64,000 nt of DNA from Candidatus Zixiibacteriota bacterium (GTDB lineage: Bacteria > UBP14 > UBA6098 > JBKHBT01): assembly GCA_046542255.1 (NCBI GenBank), contig JBKHBT010000007.1:4830-68829 (forward strand), given 5' to 3'. The notes beneath the pieces were generated by a model that was not told where the DNA came from, made no database searches, and saw only the letters and a list, made by a program, of their open reading frames with translations. The position numbers and the translations under genes are program-made. Shown piece after piece: positions 1 to 10,075 of this stretch (its first letter is position 1; the number at the start of each line of letters is the position of its first letter).

Positions 1-1483
1 AAATCGTCCGGGAGCGGCCCGTGAGCTTGTCGATAAATTCAATGAAGGCGCATTGGTTTTGAACTATTCAGGACATGGCAGCGCAATAAGATGGGCTCAT
101 GAAACTGTATTCAAGCTTGAAAGAGACATTCCCAGATTGGCTAATGGCAATAAACTTCCATTTGTGTCATCATTTTCATGCTTTGTATCTAAATACTATT
201 TAGACTGGACAGAATGTATAGGCGAGGAGCTTTTACGCAAAAAGGATGCCGGTTCCATAGCAACGCTGGCTTCGACATCTGGTTCCTTAGGAGGCAATAA
301 TAGAATTTTCAACAAGGCCCTTTTCGAAAATCTTCTCAAAATCGGTGATATGACTTTTGGCCAGGCATCTTATATATCAAAAGCTGGCCAATATCCCCAT
401 CATGATAGTCAGTATATGCTTTTCGGCGATCCATCGATGAAACTGATTTATCCCAAATTCCAGATTGCCATGAACCTGCCAGATACATTTAAAAGCGGTC
501 AATTATTTCAAATTGATGGCAGGATAGTTGATGATGGATTAAATACTGTTAGCGGTTTCAATGGCAAAGTAAGAATCAAGGCAAGAGATTCCGACTTTAT
601 GAAAAATTACGTGACGGACCATCCTCTTGGCGATCTCCAATCAGTGGATTATTGGCAGCCGGGAAAAAAGATTTTCGATGGTGAAGCAACAGTCGTAAAT
701 GGCATCTTCGAAATCGATTTTATTATACCAAATAGCATAACCGATAGCACCTTCAGTGGGAATATACTTGCATTTGGCTATTCACAGAGCGATATTGCAG
801 CAGGATTTGCAGATTCGATTGCCGTTTTTAGAGGAAATGAGGACACAACAGATCAAAAAGGTCCCGATATTCAGGTGTACTTCAATTCATTAGATAGTGA
901 TTTTGATAGGATATGCAAAAACACTAATATCTTTATCGAAATTTCCGACTCTAATGGCATAGATATTACAGGAACCGCCGGAAGAAAAATTGTCTTGATT
1001 ATGGATCATGACAATCTCACTCAAGTCGATATTACATCTCAATTTGTTTATGATGAAGGTTCCTATTCCAGTGGCAGTATAGAGTATGTCCTCGATGACC
1101 TGGATTTTGGAGAACATACGTTAACTGTAATCGCCTCTGATAATCTTGGAAATAGCTCGAGCCACGAAACCAATTTTGAAGTCTCGGATTGTGAGGATGG
1201 ATTGTATGAAATCATTCCATATCCTTCGCCTTTCGAAGATGATTGCCATTTGACTTTCGAACTTAGTACCGAGGCAGACATCGCTTTAACGATATATACT
1301 CAGTCTGGAAGAAAGCTTCGAACGATTAATACTTTCATAGAAGGGCCATTTGATAGAATCTACTGGAATGGATGCGATAATAATGGAAACAAAGTTGGAA
1401 ATGGTGTTTACATATACCATATCGAAGCACAATTCGAAAATACAACAGAAACATACACTGGCAAGATTGCCAAATTAAAATAA
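1..1483 (+). CDS. C25 (gingipain-like) cysteine peptidase family protein, 5'-truncated at window edge, with T9SS C-terminal sorting domain
   Basis: Frame 2 is open from position 2, so the gene continues upstream. The C-terminal ~80 aa (GNGVYIYHIEAQFENTTETYTGKIAKLK) look like a Por_Secre_tail / T9SS CTD. The N-terminal part resembles C25 peptidase core regions (GHGS...SFSCF). Domain assignment by eye only. Confidence 0.6.
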   Translation, partial: NRPGAARELVDKFNEGALVLNYSGHGSAIRWAHETVFKLERDIPRLANGNKLPFVSSFSCFVSKYYLDWTECIGEELLRKKDAGSIATLASTSGSLGGNNRIFNKALFENLLKIGDMTFGQASYISKAGQYPHHDSQYMLFGDPSMKLIYPKFQIAMNLPDTFKSGQLFQIDGRIVDDGLNTVSGFNGKVRIKARDSDFMKNYVTDHPLGDLQSVDYWQPGKKIFDGEATVVNGIFEIDFIIPNSITDSTFSGNILAFGYSQSDIAAGFADSIAVFRGNEDTTDQKGPDIQVYFNSLDSDFDRICKNTNIFIEISDSNGIDITGTAGRKIVLIMDHDNLTQVDITSQFVYDEGSYSSGSIEYVLDDLDFGEHTLTVIASDNLGNSSSHETNFEVSDCEDGLYEIIPYPSPFEDDCHLTFELSTEADIALTIYTQSGRKLRTINTFIEGPFDRIYWNGCDNNGNKVGNGVYIYHIEAQFENTTETYTGKIAKLK

Positions 1484-1817
1484 ATGTTTAGAAAAAACTC
1501 AAGTCCAATAATAAAATATCCGAAATCGCTTATTGTGCAGATTGCATTAACTGCTATATGGGAGGAAATCTGTCTGTCGATAGAAATTGATGATTGGCAG
1601 AATGAAAAAATTAGCGACACTTTTGTATCTTTAATCCATTTTCAGTACAAATATAACTATCAAATTCCGATTTGTTTATATTTTTAATTGACCTATGTTT
1701 TGATATGCAATATTTTTAATACTTATGTTTATTTTGAAAACAAAATCGAAAGAGAGTAGATTGCTCGATGATATCAAATCTAAAAGCATCGAATAATTAC
1801 TATTTTAGGAGGCTTCT

Positions 1818-4277
1818 ATGAAGAAATATACTATACTGATGATGATATTTCTAATTGCATTTAGCTCGATATTTGCTGCTCGCGACCGTGGCGCTGTACT
1901 TTTTCTGATGATTGGCCCGGGCGCGAGAGCCACCGGCATGGGTGAAGCATTTGTCTCTGTTGCCGATGACCCAACCGCTACATATTGGAATCCTGCCGGA
2001 CTGGGATTATATCCTTTGTCCAGCGAATGGAAAAGCTATGAAATATCAACCGATGATGAGATTGTCGCTGCCGCCGCTGTTTTGCCATCTAATGTCAAAA
2101 TTGGAAGTAAAAAGCCACAAATATGGGCAGCCACAAAAGATGAACTTTGGCGGCTCAAAGGTAATGACTGGATCGACTATGAGATTTATATTACAGCTCC
2201 TGAAGAAAGACTCTCGGATATACTCAGGTCTTATATCTCAAAAACACTGGCAAATGATGAAGAAGCCTTTCAAGCTTTAGTTGATAAAGTCATAAAATAT
2301 AATGACCTTGAAATAGAGCAGGGCGCATATTTACTACCGGATCTGGAAATTCGAATACCCTTTAGATTCTTCTTCAATAGTAGAATAACAACAATGCAAG
2401 GAACAAGCGATGAGCTTCTTATCGGAACCGAAAATGGCCTTTACTCCCGCGAAGACGATAGATGGAAGAAGTATGAAACCAGCAATACTCCAGGCGATAA
2501 AGAAATTACATGCATTGAAATCGATGAGCAAAATAACTTCGCTATAGGCACCAATGACGGACTTTTTATCAATAAATTTGGCAAATGGATCAAATACAAT
2601 ACCAGCCTGGGGCTTCCTTCTAATAAAATTCAATCGATTTACATGGATAATGTCAATAGGATTTGGGTTGGTACAGAAATTGGTGCTGCAAAGTTAGGTA
2701 CTACAAAATTTGAAAAGACATATGATATGGAATTACCCACTGATTCGGTTATGACATGGGAGAAAATTGCTAAGGATTACTTCGATATATCATCAGAGCC
2801 TAAGTTGGACTACTTCGTTTCTGCTCTGAGAGTTTCTAATGATGCTATTTCAGAGTCACAGAAGCCAAGAAAAAGAATAACGGTAGATTACGATCCTATA
2901 TTCGAATCATCTGTAACTGCTATTTATCCTGATAAAAATGGTATCTGGTTCGGTACAGAATTGGGCGTAAAATACTTTGATGGAACTAAATGGAAAAAAT
3001 TTGGATGGGAAAAAACAGTTATAGAAAAAGAGCAGAGCTACCTTGAGTATGTAAATAGAAACTGGCCAGAACTAAATAACGATGATGCTGAAGATTTAGC
3101 AGAAAGAATAAGAAGATTCAATCTTAGCAATTCAATAACTATAGATGCCGATGCCATTATCGAAGTTCCAGATAATCCAGCGAGCGGGCGCATTGAAACC
3201 ATAACAATGTCCCCCGAAGGCGAGATTTTTGTCGCAACAGAATATGGCCTTTTAATCTATAATGACAATAAGCAAGCCTTCTCATTCTACGGCCAGCAAG
3301 GAATGGAAAATAAAAAAGTCAGCCAAATCGTCAATATGAAAGACAAATATGTTTTCAATACCGGCGAAGAAATCAACTGGTATGCTCGCGGAGAAAGAGG
3401 CATCACTCTCATGCATGTTCGATGGTTACCACAACTTGCATCTGATATGTATTATGAATATCTATCGGGTACTTATTATATCGAAGGTTGGGGTACTGTC
3501 GGTGGTAGTTTCACCTTCATGTATATGGGCGAAAGTGAATATCGTTCTGAATCCGGTGAATTGCTTGGTACATTTAACTCATATGAAATGGCTTTAGGAC
3601 TATCCTATGGAACTACTATCTTGCCAAACTTTGCAGGTGGACTGAATTTCAAACTCGTCCACTCGTCACTGGCACAGGGTGTTAGAGTCGGAAATGAGCT
3701 AAAAGACGGAACAGCGACTACTTTTGCTGTTGATCTTGGCCTTTCTTATCAAACACCGGTGGAAGGCCTCCATCTGGGGCTAAATGTCCAGAATTTTGGC
3801 CCTGATGTTGTCTATATCGATGAAGCTCAAAGTGATCCATTGCCGAGAAATCTTAAACTTGGTATGTCTTATAATGTTTTCGAGAATGAATTCAATAGAG
3901 TTCTCTTCTCGGCTGACATTAATAAGGGCATCATTTCCAATTTCCTGGATGAAAATGAACGCGATCCTCTTTGGATGGAATGGCATGAAGCTGTTAAGAA
4001 CTTCGGCCTGGAATATACTTATGCCGACTTTATCTCATTCAGAGGTGGTTACATTTTAGATTATGACTATATCAGAGACACCTATAGCGGAGGGGATGAA
4101 GAAAACGAGCTTAACAAAAATGACTGGAAAAGCATAAATTACTTCACAATCGGAGTCGGAGTAGAATACGATACTTATTCATTCGATTTTGGATATATTC
4201 CAGAACAGAAGTCAGATGGTGAAAGTACATTGCCATTGTCTAATATTATGCGTTTTTCACTAACTGCGTCATTTTAA
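1818..4277 (+). CDS. FadL/PorV-like outer-membrane beta-barrel protein with inserted two-component-regulator-propeller (Reg_prop)-like repeat region
   Basis: AGGAGG RBS then signal peptide. N-terminal hatch motif GARATGMGEAFVSVADDPTATYWNPAGLG is typical of FadL/PorV-family barrels. Residues ~150-530 carry repeats of the form GTENGLYS..W.KY / IGTNDGLF...W.KY / GIWFGTELGVKYFDGTKWKKF (Reg_prop-like). The C-terminal ~290 aa have alternating-hydrophobic beta-strand character and end in an aromatic residue. Stop overlaps the next gene (TAATG). Confidence 0.55.
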   Translation: MKKYTILMMIFLIAFSSIFAARDRGAVLFLMIGPGARATGMGEAFVSVADDPTATYWNPAGLGLYPLSSEWKSYEISTDDEIVAAAAVLPSNVKIGSKKPQIWAATKDELWRLKGNDWIDYEIYITAPEERLSDILRSYISKTLANDEEAFQALVDKVIKYNDLEIEQGAYLLPDLEIRIPFRFFFNSRITTMQGTSDELLIGTENGLYSREDDRWKKYETSNTPGDKEITCIEIDEQNNFAIGTNDGLFINKFGKWIKYNTSLGLPSNKIQSIYMDNVNRIWVGTEIGAAKLGTTKFEKTYDMELPTDSVMTWEKIAKDYFDISSEPKLDYFVSALRVSNDAISESQKPRKRITVDYDPIFESSVTAIYPDKNGIWFGTELGVKYFDGTKWKKFGWEKTVIEKEQSYLEYVNRNWPELNNDDAEDLAERIRRFNLSNSITIDADAIIEVPDNPASGRIETITMSPEGEIFVATEYGLLIYNDNKQAFSFYGQQGMENKKVSQIVNMKDKYVFNTGEEINWYARGERGITLMHVRWLPQLASDMYYEYLSGTYYIEGWGTVGGSFTFMYMGESEYRSESGELLGTFNSYEMALGLSYGTTILPNFAGGLNFKLVHSSLAQGVRVGNELKDGTATTFAVDLGLSYQTPVEGLHLGLNVQNFGPDVVYIDEAQSDPLPRNLKLGMSYNVFENEFNRVLFSADINKGIISNFLDENERDPLWMEWHEAVKNFGLEYTYADFISFRGGYILDYDYIRDTYSGGDEENELNKNDWKSINYFTIGVGVEYDTYSFDFGYIPEQKSDGESTLPLSNIMRFSLTASF

Positions 4278-7200
4278 TGTTTGATAGAATGAAAAAAAAT
4301 GCAGTACACATATTTATTCTACTGCTTCTTATTTCATGGCTTTCAGCCAAAAGCTATCGAGTAGTCGGCCGTGCGCCCGAGAAGATGAGAGGGCCGGAAG
4401 TAGAATTTTCAAAGCCAAATATTGATGCGCGCAATAGCTGGTTCAATGATGATGCCCTAAAGCGTGAATATAGCATTCCGCAGGAGAGTCTCACAGAACC
4501 GATAGAAATTAGACTTTGCGTTCTCAGGGTTCAGTTCCAGGAGGATTCTAATACTCGCTCGACAGGCAATGGGCAATTCGATCTTTCGCCCGATTCTCTA
4601 AGTGAAATTTACGCACAGGATTTTGATCCAACGCCACATAATTGGAGATACTTCAATGATCATATGCAAGCGCTTCATAATTATTGGATGCTTGTATCCG
4701 ATTCTCTGATAGATATCAAATGGGATATTTATCCGATTCGGGGAAGTGGCACAGAAGCATATACTTTACCAGACTCGATGGCATATTACGGCCCGAATGG
4801 ATGGTGTGGCAATGCTCTCGATGAGCGGATGGATGCATTTATTGTCGATGCTGTTCGTCTTGCTCAGCAGACCGATCATATGGATTTTACTCGATATGAT
4901 GATGTCATAATATTCCATGCCGGCTCAGACTGGCAGAATGATATAGGGTCACTTATCGACCCAGCATATCTTGACCTTTATCCCGAAATCGAGCCATCTC
5001 CGGATGATTTGCCAACAGGTTACAAGAAACTATTTAGGGAAATCGTTCCCGGAGTTACTGGGGCGCTTATTATGCCAGAGTCAGGTTCTCAGGATGGGCA
5101 AATTACATTGTTAAATGGCGTTTTGGTTCATGAATCCAGCCATTTATTGGGCTTGATTGATTTATATAATACTTCTAATTTTGTTTCTGAGGTTGGGCAT
5201 TTCTCTGTTATGGACAATGGCCATGCAATCGGAGTCCAAATTGCTGTCGAAGATAGCGATTCTGCGGAATATTATAATGTATATGGCGCAATTCCTGTTT
5301 ACCCATGCGCATGGGAAAGGGCATTTTTGGGAATAGAAGATGTCATTACCGCATGGGAAGATGATGAGTATGCAGTTACTGCTTGCGAACTTTTCGAAGC
5401 TGGAACCACTATCGTAAAAATTCCAATCAATGAATTTGAATATTATCTTGTTGAAAATAGAAATACCAATCCCGATGGAAAGCCATTTGCATTGAAAGCT
5501 GATTCGATTTCGGGAGTGATACTCGGCCTTCAAGATACTTTAGATAATTTCGTTGCCAAATATGATTTTTTGCTTCCCGGAAGCGGCATGTTAATATGGC
5601 ATATCGATGAACTTGTCGCATACAGCAATGATAATTTTGCTAATAATGCCCTTCAATGGAATCACGATAGGCTATTTGTCGATTTGATTGAGGCTGATGG
5701 TTTTCAGGACATGGGCTTTTATCGCGATTATGGCGATTCTTCCGACATATTCTTCGACCCTAATAATACAGAATTTACACCTCACACGAAGCCCAAAACA
5801 GAATCCAATGCTCGAGGAAATACATCGATATATATTACAGATATCTCAGAAATTGATTCGCGGATGTCATTCAATTTCGAAAGAAGAATGGGCGTAAATC
5901 TATGGAAGAGGCAAACCGGCCTGTCTCATGACTATTCACCAATCGTGATCGATGCAGATGGAGATGGTTCGATGGATATTTTCTCCATTCCTTCGAGTGC
6001 TAATTTTGTTACAGCATGGAATTTCTCTGGCGAAGAGCTTATTCCCGGAAGCGATTCTCTGGTTTTTTTAGATTTTTCTGACGATACATTAGTATATCAT
6101 ATTCCGGTTTTCTCGGTTATGGATACATCATTTTTTTCAGTTAATATTTCTGCCGGAGACATCGATGGAGATTCCGATGTGGAAATTATTGGCGGCAGTG
6201 AGACAGGTATGCTTTATGCATGGCATTCAGAAGATTTAGACAGCTCCGAGCGTGCCGACCCGGTTTCAGGTTTTCCTGTCGCGCTTCATAGTGCAATAGC
6301 TTATCCGCCTCTTCTTTACGATTTAACAAATGAATATCCCGGCGATGAAATTCTGGCATTAACCGATGATGAAATATTCTATATCATAAATTCTTCTGGC
6401 GATTCTATAGTAACCGGTACATCAAGAGGCGAGAATATTGCTGCTCTGGCTTTCGATGGTAATTATTATATTCTTGCCGAAAGAGATTATGGAAGAATCC
6501 GCGGATATAGCTATCCCGACAGCAATTTCTTAGATATTATTCTGGATATTGGCAATATAAGCGGTTTTAGCGCTGGCGATATAAATCGTGATGGAATAAT
6601 AGATTTCATCATAACATCCGAGGATGGTTATGTATCTGTCTGGTCTGAGAATGGCGAAAAGATGGAAGGTTTTCCTTATGAGTTTGCAGATAGCATAATA
6701 TCCAGGCCAGCAATTTGTGATATCAATCAGGATGGCTATGGCGAAATTATATTTTGCTCGAAGACAAAAGTTTATAATATTCTTCATTCGGGTATTTCTG
6801 CAACTAATTTTCCTGCTATTGCAAGGGATTATGATTATGCATTATATGCAGAACCCACTTGCGCCGATATCGATGGCGACAATGAATGTGAAATTGTAAT
6901 CACCGGTTTCGATGGTAATATTTATGCTTTCGAAAATGATGGGACACTACTTCCTGATTATCCGCTTGCTGGTGGCTTCAATCAAAGTTTTTCGCCAATA
7001 TGCGATATGGATGGCGATTCTAAACCCGAGATGGTTATTGGCTCGAGTGGCGGTTCTGTTATGCTATTTAGATTCCCCGAAACCACAAAAGAACCTGAAT
7101 GGACAGTCGCCCCATCTGGCAATAGAATTTGGAATCATATGAATGCTATCGATCCGATTTATGGTGATAAAGCTGGTGAAATTATAAATCCCTATATCTG

Positions 7201-7453
7201 GCCGAATCCCGGCGGAAGCAAAGTTCATTTTAGATATGGAATCGGAAATAATGTCTCAGGGTCTATCAAAATAGAAGTCTATTCAATGGATGGAGTATTA
7301 GTAGCAGAATTAGAAAATGAAATCGCTCCAGGGCAGGAAAATCAGATTGAATGGATAACAACTGGTATTGCTTCGGGAATTTACTATGGAAGAGTATATA
7401 TCGATGATAAGGAAAGCGAATCTAAATATATCAAAATCGCTATTGTTAAATAG
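4277..7453 (+). CDS. Secreted M6 (immune inhibitor A)-like zinc metalloprotease with FG-GAP/VCBS repeats and T9SS C-terminal sorting domain
   Basis: Signal peptide. HExxH context VHESSHLLGLIDLY resembles the M6 signature HEYGHNLGLPDEY. There are at least six DxDGDG-type FG-GAP-like repeats (DADGDGSMDIF, GDIDGDSDVEIIGG, DINRDGIIDFIIT, CDINQDGYGEIIF, ADIDGDNECEIVITG, CDMDGDSKPEMVIG). The C-terminal ~75 aa match the T9SS CTD pattern (GIYYGRVYIDD...KIAIVK). Confidence 0.6.
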   Translation: MFDRMKKNAVHIFILLLLISWLSAKSYRVVGRAPEKMRGPEVEFSKPNIDARNSWFNDDALKREYSIPQESLTEPIEIRLCVLRVQFQEDSNTRSTGNGQFDLSPDSLSEIYAQDFDPTPHNWRYFNDHMQALHNYWMLVSDSLIDIKWDIYPIRGSGTEAYTLPDSMAYYGPNGWCGNALDERMDAFIVDAVRLAQQTDHMDFTRYDDVIIFHAGSDWQNDIGSLIDPAYLDLYPEIEPSPDDLPTGYKKLFREIVPGVTGALIMPESGSQDGQITLLNGVLVHESSHLLGLIDLYNTSNFVSEVGHFSVMDNGHAIGVQIAVEDSDSAEYYNVYGAIPVYPCAWERAFLGIEDVITAWEDDEYAVTACELFEAGTTIVKIPINEFEYYLVENRNTNPDGKPFALKADSISGVILGLQDTLDNFVAKYDFLLPGSGMLIWHIDELVAYSNDNFANNALQWNHDRLFVDLIEADGFQDMGFYRDYGDSSDIFFDPNNTEFTPHTKPKTESNARGNTSIYITDISEIDSRMSFNFERRMGVNLWKRQTGLSHDYSPIVIDADGDGSMDIFSIPSSANFVTAWNFSGEELIPGSDSLVFLDFSDDTLVYHIPVFSVMDTSFFSVNISAGDIDGDSDVEIIGGSETGMLYAWHSEDLDSSERADPVSGFPVALHSAIAYPPLLYDLTNEYPGDEILALTDDEIFYIINSSGDSIVTGTSRGENIAALAFDGNYYILAERDYGRIRGYSYPDSNFLDIILDIGNISGFSAGDINRDGIIDFIITSEDGYVSVWSENGEKMEGFPYEFADSIISRPAICDINQDGYGEIIFCSKTKVYNILHSGISATNFPAIARDYDYALYAEPTCADIDGDNECEIVITGFDGNIYAFENDGTLLPDYPLAGGFNQSFSPICDMDGDSKPEMVIGSSGGSVMLFRFPETTKEPEWTVAPSGNRIWNHMNAIDPIYGDKAGEIINPYIWPNPGGSKVHFRYGIGNNVSGSIKIEVYSMDGVLVAELENEIAPGQENQIEWITTGIASGIYYGRVYIDDKESESKYIKIAIVK

Positions 7454-7467
7454 ATGAAAGGAGAATT

Positions 7468-8415
7468 ATGAAAAGAATTTTAATACCTAGTGTAATCCTG
7501 ATAATAACATCTTTGTTTGCATATGATACAGATCATATAATAGAAAAAAAATCTATTGCGAGAAGTTCAGTCTTGCAAGAGTTACAGGAATCGAGTTTAG
7601 AAGAGAATGATTGGAGAAATAAAACATATGCACAGGCATTTGATAATGCAACGGAAGAAAAAACTAAACCATTTGAAGGCGAGGAATTTCTCGATAGCAA
7701 ATTGGCTTTTGGACTCTCTTTTTTGGTTCCGGGAGCTGGTGAAGTTTATGCGAAAAAGCCTGTTAAAGGTGTTTTGTTTTTCCTTGCAGAAGCCGGCCTA
7801 TGGACAGGCTATTATATCCTGCAGAGCAAAGGTATCGAGATGCGCGAAGATTACGAAGACTATCATGATAGCCATTATGATGTTGAAGCTTATCTTGAAT
7901 GGTTCTCGGCCATTACCGATAGCTTCGAGAATATCAAAGGCACCGAAACTCTTCCTCATCATGGCGATAATTGGTATGATGTCGATAAAAACCATGATTA
8001 TTATGAAATGACAGGAAAATATAATTGGTTTTTGATTGGCTGGAAAGATGTACCGGACGCCCTTTTTGATGATCCGGAAATTCGCGAAGAACTCTGGAAC
8101 CCTGATCTATCGAGCGAACCTGGGCCTTATTCCAATATACTAAGCCAATACCGTGATTCATCCCAATATGTTTCTACATATATGCAGATGCGTAAAGATG
8201 CGAATGATCAATTTATATGGGCGAAATACATGATCGGTGGAGCTATATTGAATCATATCGTTAGCGCTTTCGATGCTGCATGGACAGCACATGTCCATAA
8301 TCGCGAGCGAAATAAAAGCTTCTCTGAAGTCATAGATTTTAAAACAGGTATCGCTGTTCATGAGCCGACTGGCCTTGTTAATCCGGAACTTAAGATGGTA
8401 ATTAATCTAAAATGA
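7468..8415 (+). CDS. Hypothetical secreted protein, tandem paralog A (DUF5683-like motif L..PGAGE.Y)
   Basis: RBS AAAGGAG. N-terminal hydrophobic signal-like segment. Motif FGLSFLVPGAGEVYAKK is shared with the downstream paralog. Confidence 0.45.
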   Translation: MKRILIPSVILIITSLFAYDTDHIIEKKSIARSSVLQELQESSLEENDWRNKTYAQAFDNATEEKTKPFEGEEFLDSKLAFGLSFLVPGAGEVYAKKPVKGVLFFLAEAGLWTGYYILQSKGIEMREDYEDYHDSHYDVEAYLEWFSAITDSFENIKGTETLPHHGDNWYDVDKNHDYYEMTGKYNWFLIGWKDVPDALFDDPEIREELWNPDLSSEPGPYSNILSQYRDSSQYVSTYMQMRKDANDQFIWAKYMIGGAILNHIVSAFDAAWTAHVHNRERNKSFSEVIDFKTGIAVHEPTGLVNPELKMVINLK

Positions 8416-9122
8416 AAAGAGTTTTTTCAAAAACGATTTGGTTTCTTTTACTGATGACAATAATGCCAATTTTCGCACAGTTCTCTGGCGATGATTTCGG
8501 TAGAGCCGATTCTCCATCATCGAAAAAGGATCCAGGAGAAAAATCGCTCTTTAAGGCAGCATTAATGTCTCTTGCAATTCCCGGTACTGGCGAACATTAT
8601 TTAGGAAATAATAGCAGCTATATTTTATGGTCTATCGAATCGGCAACATGGTTAACCTATATCGGATTTGGCATTAAAGGCAATATGCTGGAAGATGAAT
8701 TTAGGGCATATGCAGTAAAACATGCCGGCATCGACCCGAAAGGCAAGCCAGATCATTTCTTTACAGATATTAGCGGATATGATTCCAGGTACGAGTATAA
8801 TTATTATGAATTGCTTTTTGAGCGTGATGAAGCTGAACTGTATCCGGAAACTGCTGAATATTTTTGGAATTGGGATTCAGACGAAAGTCGCTCTCATTTC
8901 TATGATTTAAGAGAAAATAGAGAGCAGATAAAATCAAATATGCGTATCGTAATTTCTGTCGCAGCTTTGAACCGACTTGCAAGCATTATAAATGTCTTGC
9001 GCATCGGAACCAATGAAACTCCCGAACTCAATAAAGGTTTCACTTTGAATGCAAGGGCTTATCCATCAGGTATAAAAGGCGATAGGCTGAAGCTTGGATT
9101 TACATTAACTAAAAATTTCTAG
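8412..9122 (+). CDS. Hypothetical secreted protein, tandem paralog B
   Basis: Overlaps the previous gene by 4 nt. Signal peptide. Motif LMSLAIPGTGEHYLG parallels paralog A. Confidence 0.45.
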   Translation: MKRVFSKTIWFLLLMTIMPIFAQFSGDDFGRADSPSSKKDPGEKSLFKAALMSLAIPGTGEHYLGNNSSYILWSIESATWLTYIGFGIKGNMLEDEFRAYAVKHAGIDPKGKPDHFFTDISGYDSRYEYNYYELLFERDEAELYPETAEYFWNWDSDESRSHFYDLRENREQIKSNMRIVISVAALNRLASIINVLRIGTNETPELNKGFTLNARAYPSGIKGDRLKLGFTLTKNF

Positions 9123-10075
9123 TCCTTCATATAGATATCGAGAATTTTATCTGCTTTCTCTTTGATGCTCATATCTTCATTAATATCTATCCAAATTAAA
9201 TTGGGTTCTTTTCGAAGCCATACCATCTGTCTTCGAGAGTATTGCCATGTCTTATGAAAAACATTTTCGACAAGTTCATCGTATTTTAATTTGTCATTCA
9301 GATAGTCGATGATTTGTTTATAGCCGACTGATTCCATAGCCGGGCAGTCGGGGCTTGTGCCTTCAGACAATAGGCTTTTTACCTCATCGAGCCATCCCGC
9401 CTGAAACATCTTCTTTGTCCTCTCGAATATTCTTTTTCTCAGATAATCTCTGGGAAGCCGAATTGCGATTTTGACGAAATCATATTTCGACTTAATCGGT
9501 TTTCTATTTTTCCATTGCCATGATATCGGTTTGCCGGATACATGGTAAACCTCCAAAGCCCTAATAATTCGGATATAGTTATTGGGATGAATTTTCGATG
9601 CAGCAATGGGATCGACAGCCTTGAGTTCGCTATGTAAATCATCGCCTTTTTCATATCTTTCCATATAGCGATTGCGAAATTCAATATCCTTGAAATCGCC
9701 CTTGAAAATGCCTTCTGTTAGTGCTCGGATATAGAAACCAGTACCCCCACAAATTAAGGGGAAATTATTCCGCTCGATTATTTCGCCGATAATATTTTCG
9801 GTATCTTCGAAAAAAGATTTGGCATCATAGCGCTTGCCCAAATCGAGGAAATCAATAAGATGATAGGGCACTTGCGGATTTTGAGGTTTTGCTGTGCCGA
9901 TATCGAGCTTCTTATAGATCTGGCAAGAATCAGCTGAAATGATTTCACCAAAATACTCAGATGCGATATATTCAGCAATCGATGACTTGCCAGATGCGGT
10001 AGGCCCTGTAATTATAAGAACCCGTTTCCTAAGCGAAAACGGGTTCTTAGAAGATTTCTCTTTAGAGTCTATCAT
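9119..10075 (-). CDS. miaA: tRNA dimethylallyltransferase
   Basis: P-loop LIITGPTASGKSS followed by conserved MiaA blocks (ADSCQIYKKLDIGTAKP, PYHLIDFLD). Confidence 0.9.
   Translation of the reverse strand: MIDSKEKSSKNPFSLRKRVLIITGPTASGKSSIAEYIASEYFGEIISADSCQIYKKLDIGTAKPQNPQVPYHLIDFLDLGKRYDAKSFFEDTENIIGEIIERNNFPLICGGTGFYIRALTEGIFKGDFKDIEFRNRYMERYEKGDDLHSELKAVDPIAASKIHPNNYIRIIRALEVYHVSGKPISWQWKNRKPIKSKYDFVKIAIRLPRDYLRKRIFERTKKMFQAGWLDEVKSLLSEGTSPDCPAMESVGYKQIIDYLNDKLKYDELVENVFHKTWQYSRRQMVWLRKEPNLIWIDINEDMSIKEKADKILDIYMKD

Noticed and set aside
1912-4059. Internal ORFs on both strands within the PorV-like, M6-like and other large genes (e.g. 1912-2280, 2334-2633, 5162-5533, 7607-8011)
   Set aside because: They are nested in confidently called genes, lack RBS, and have biased composition. 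Typical six-frame noise.
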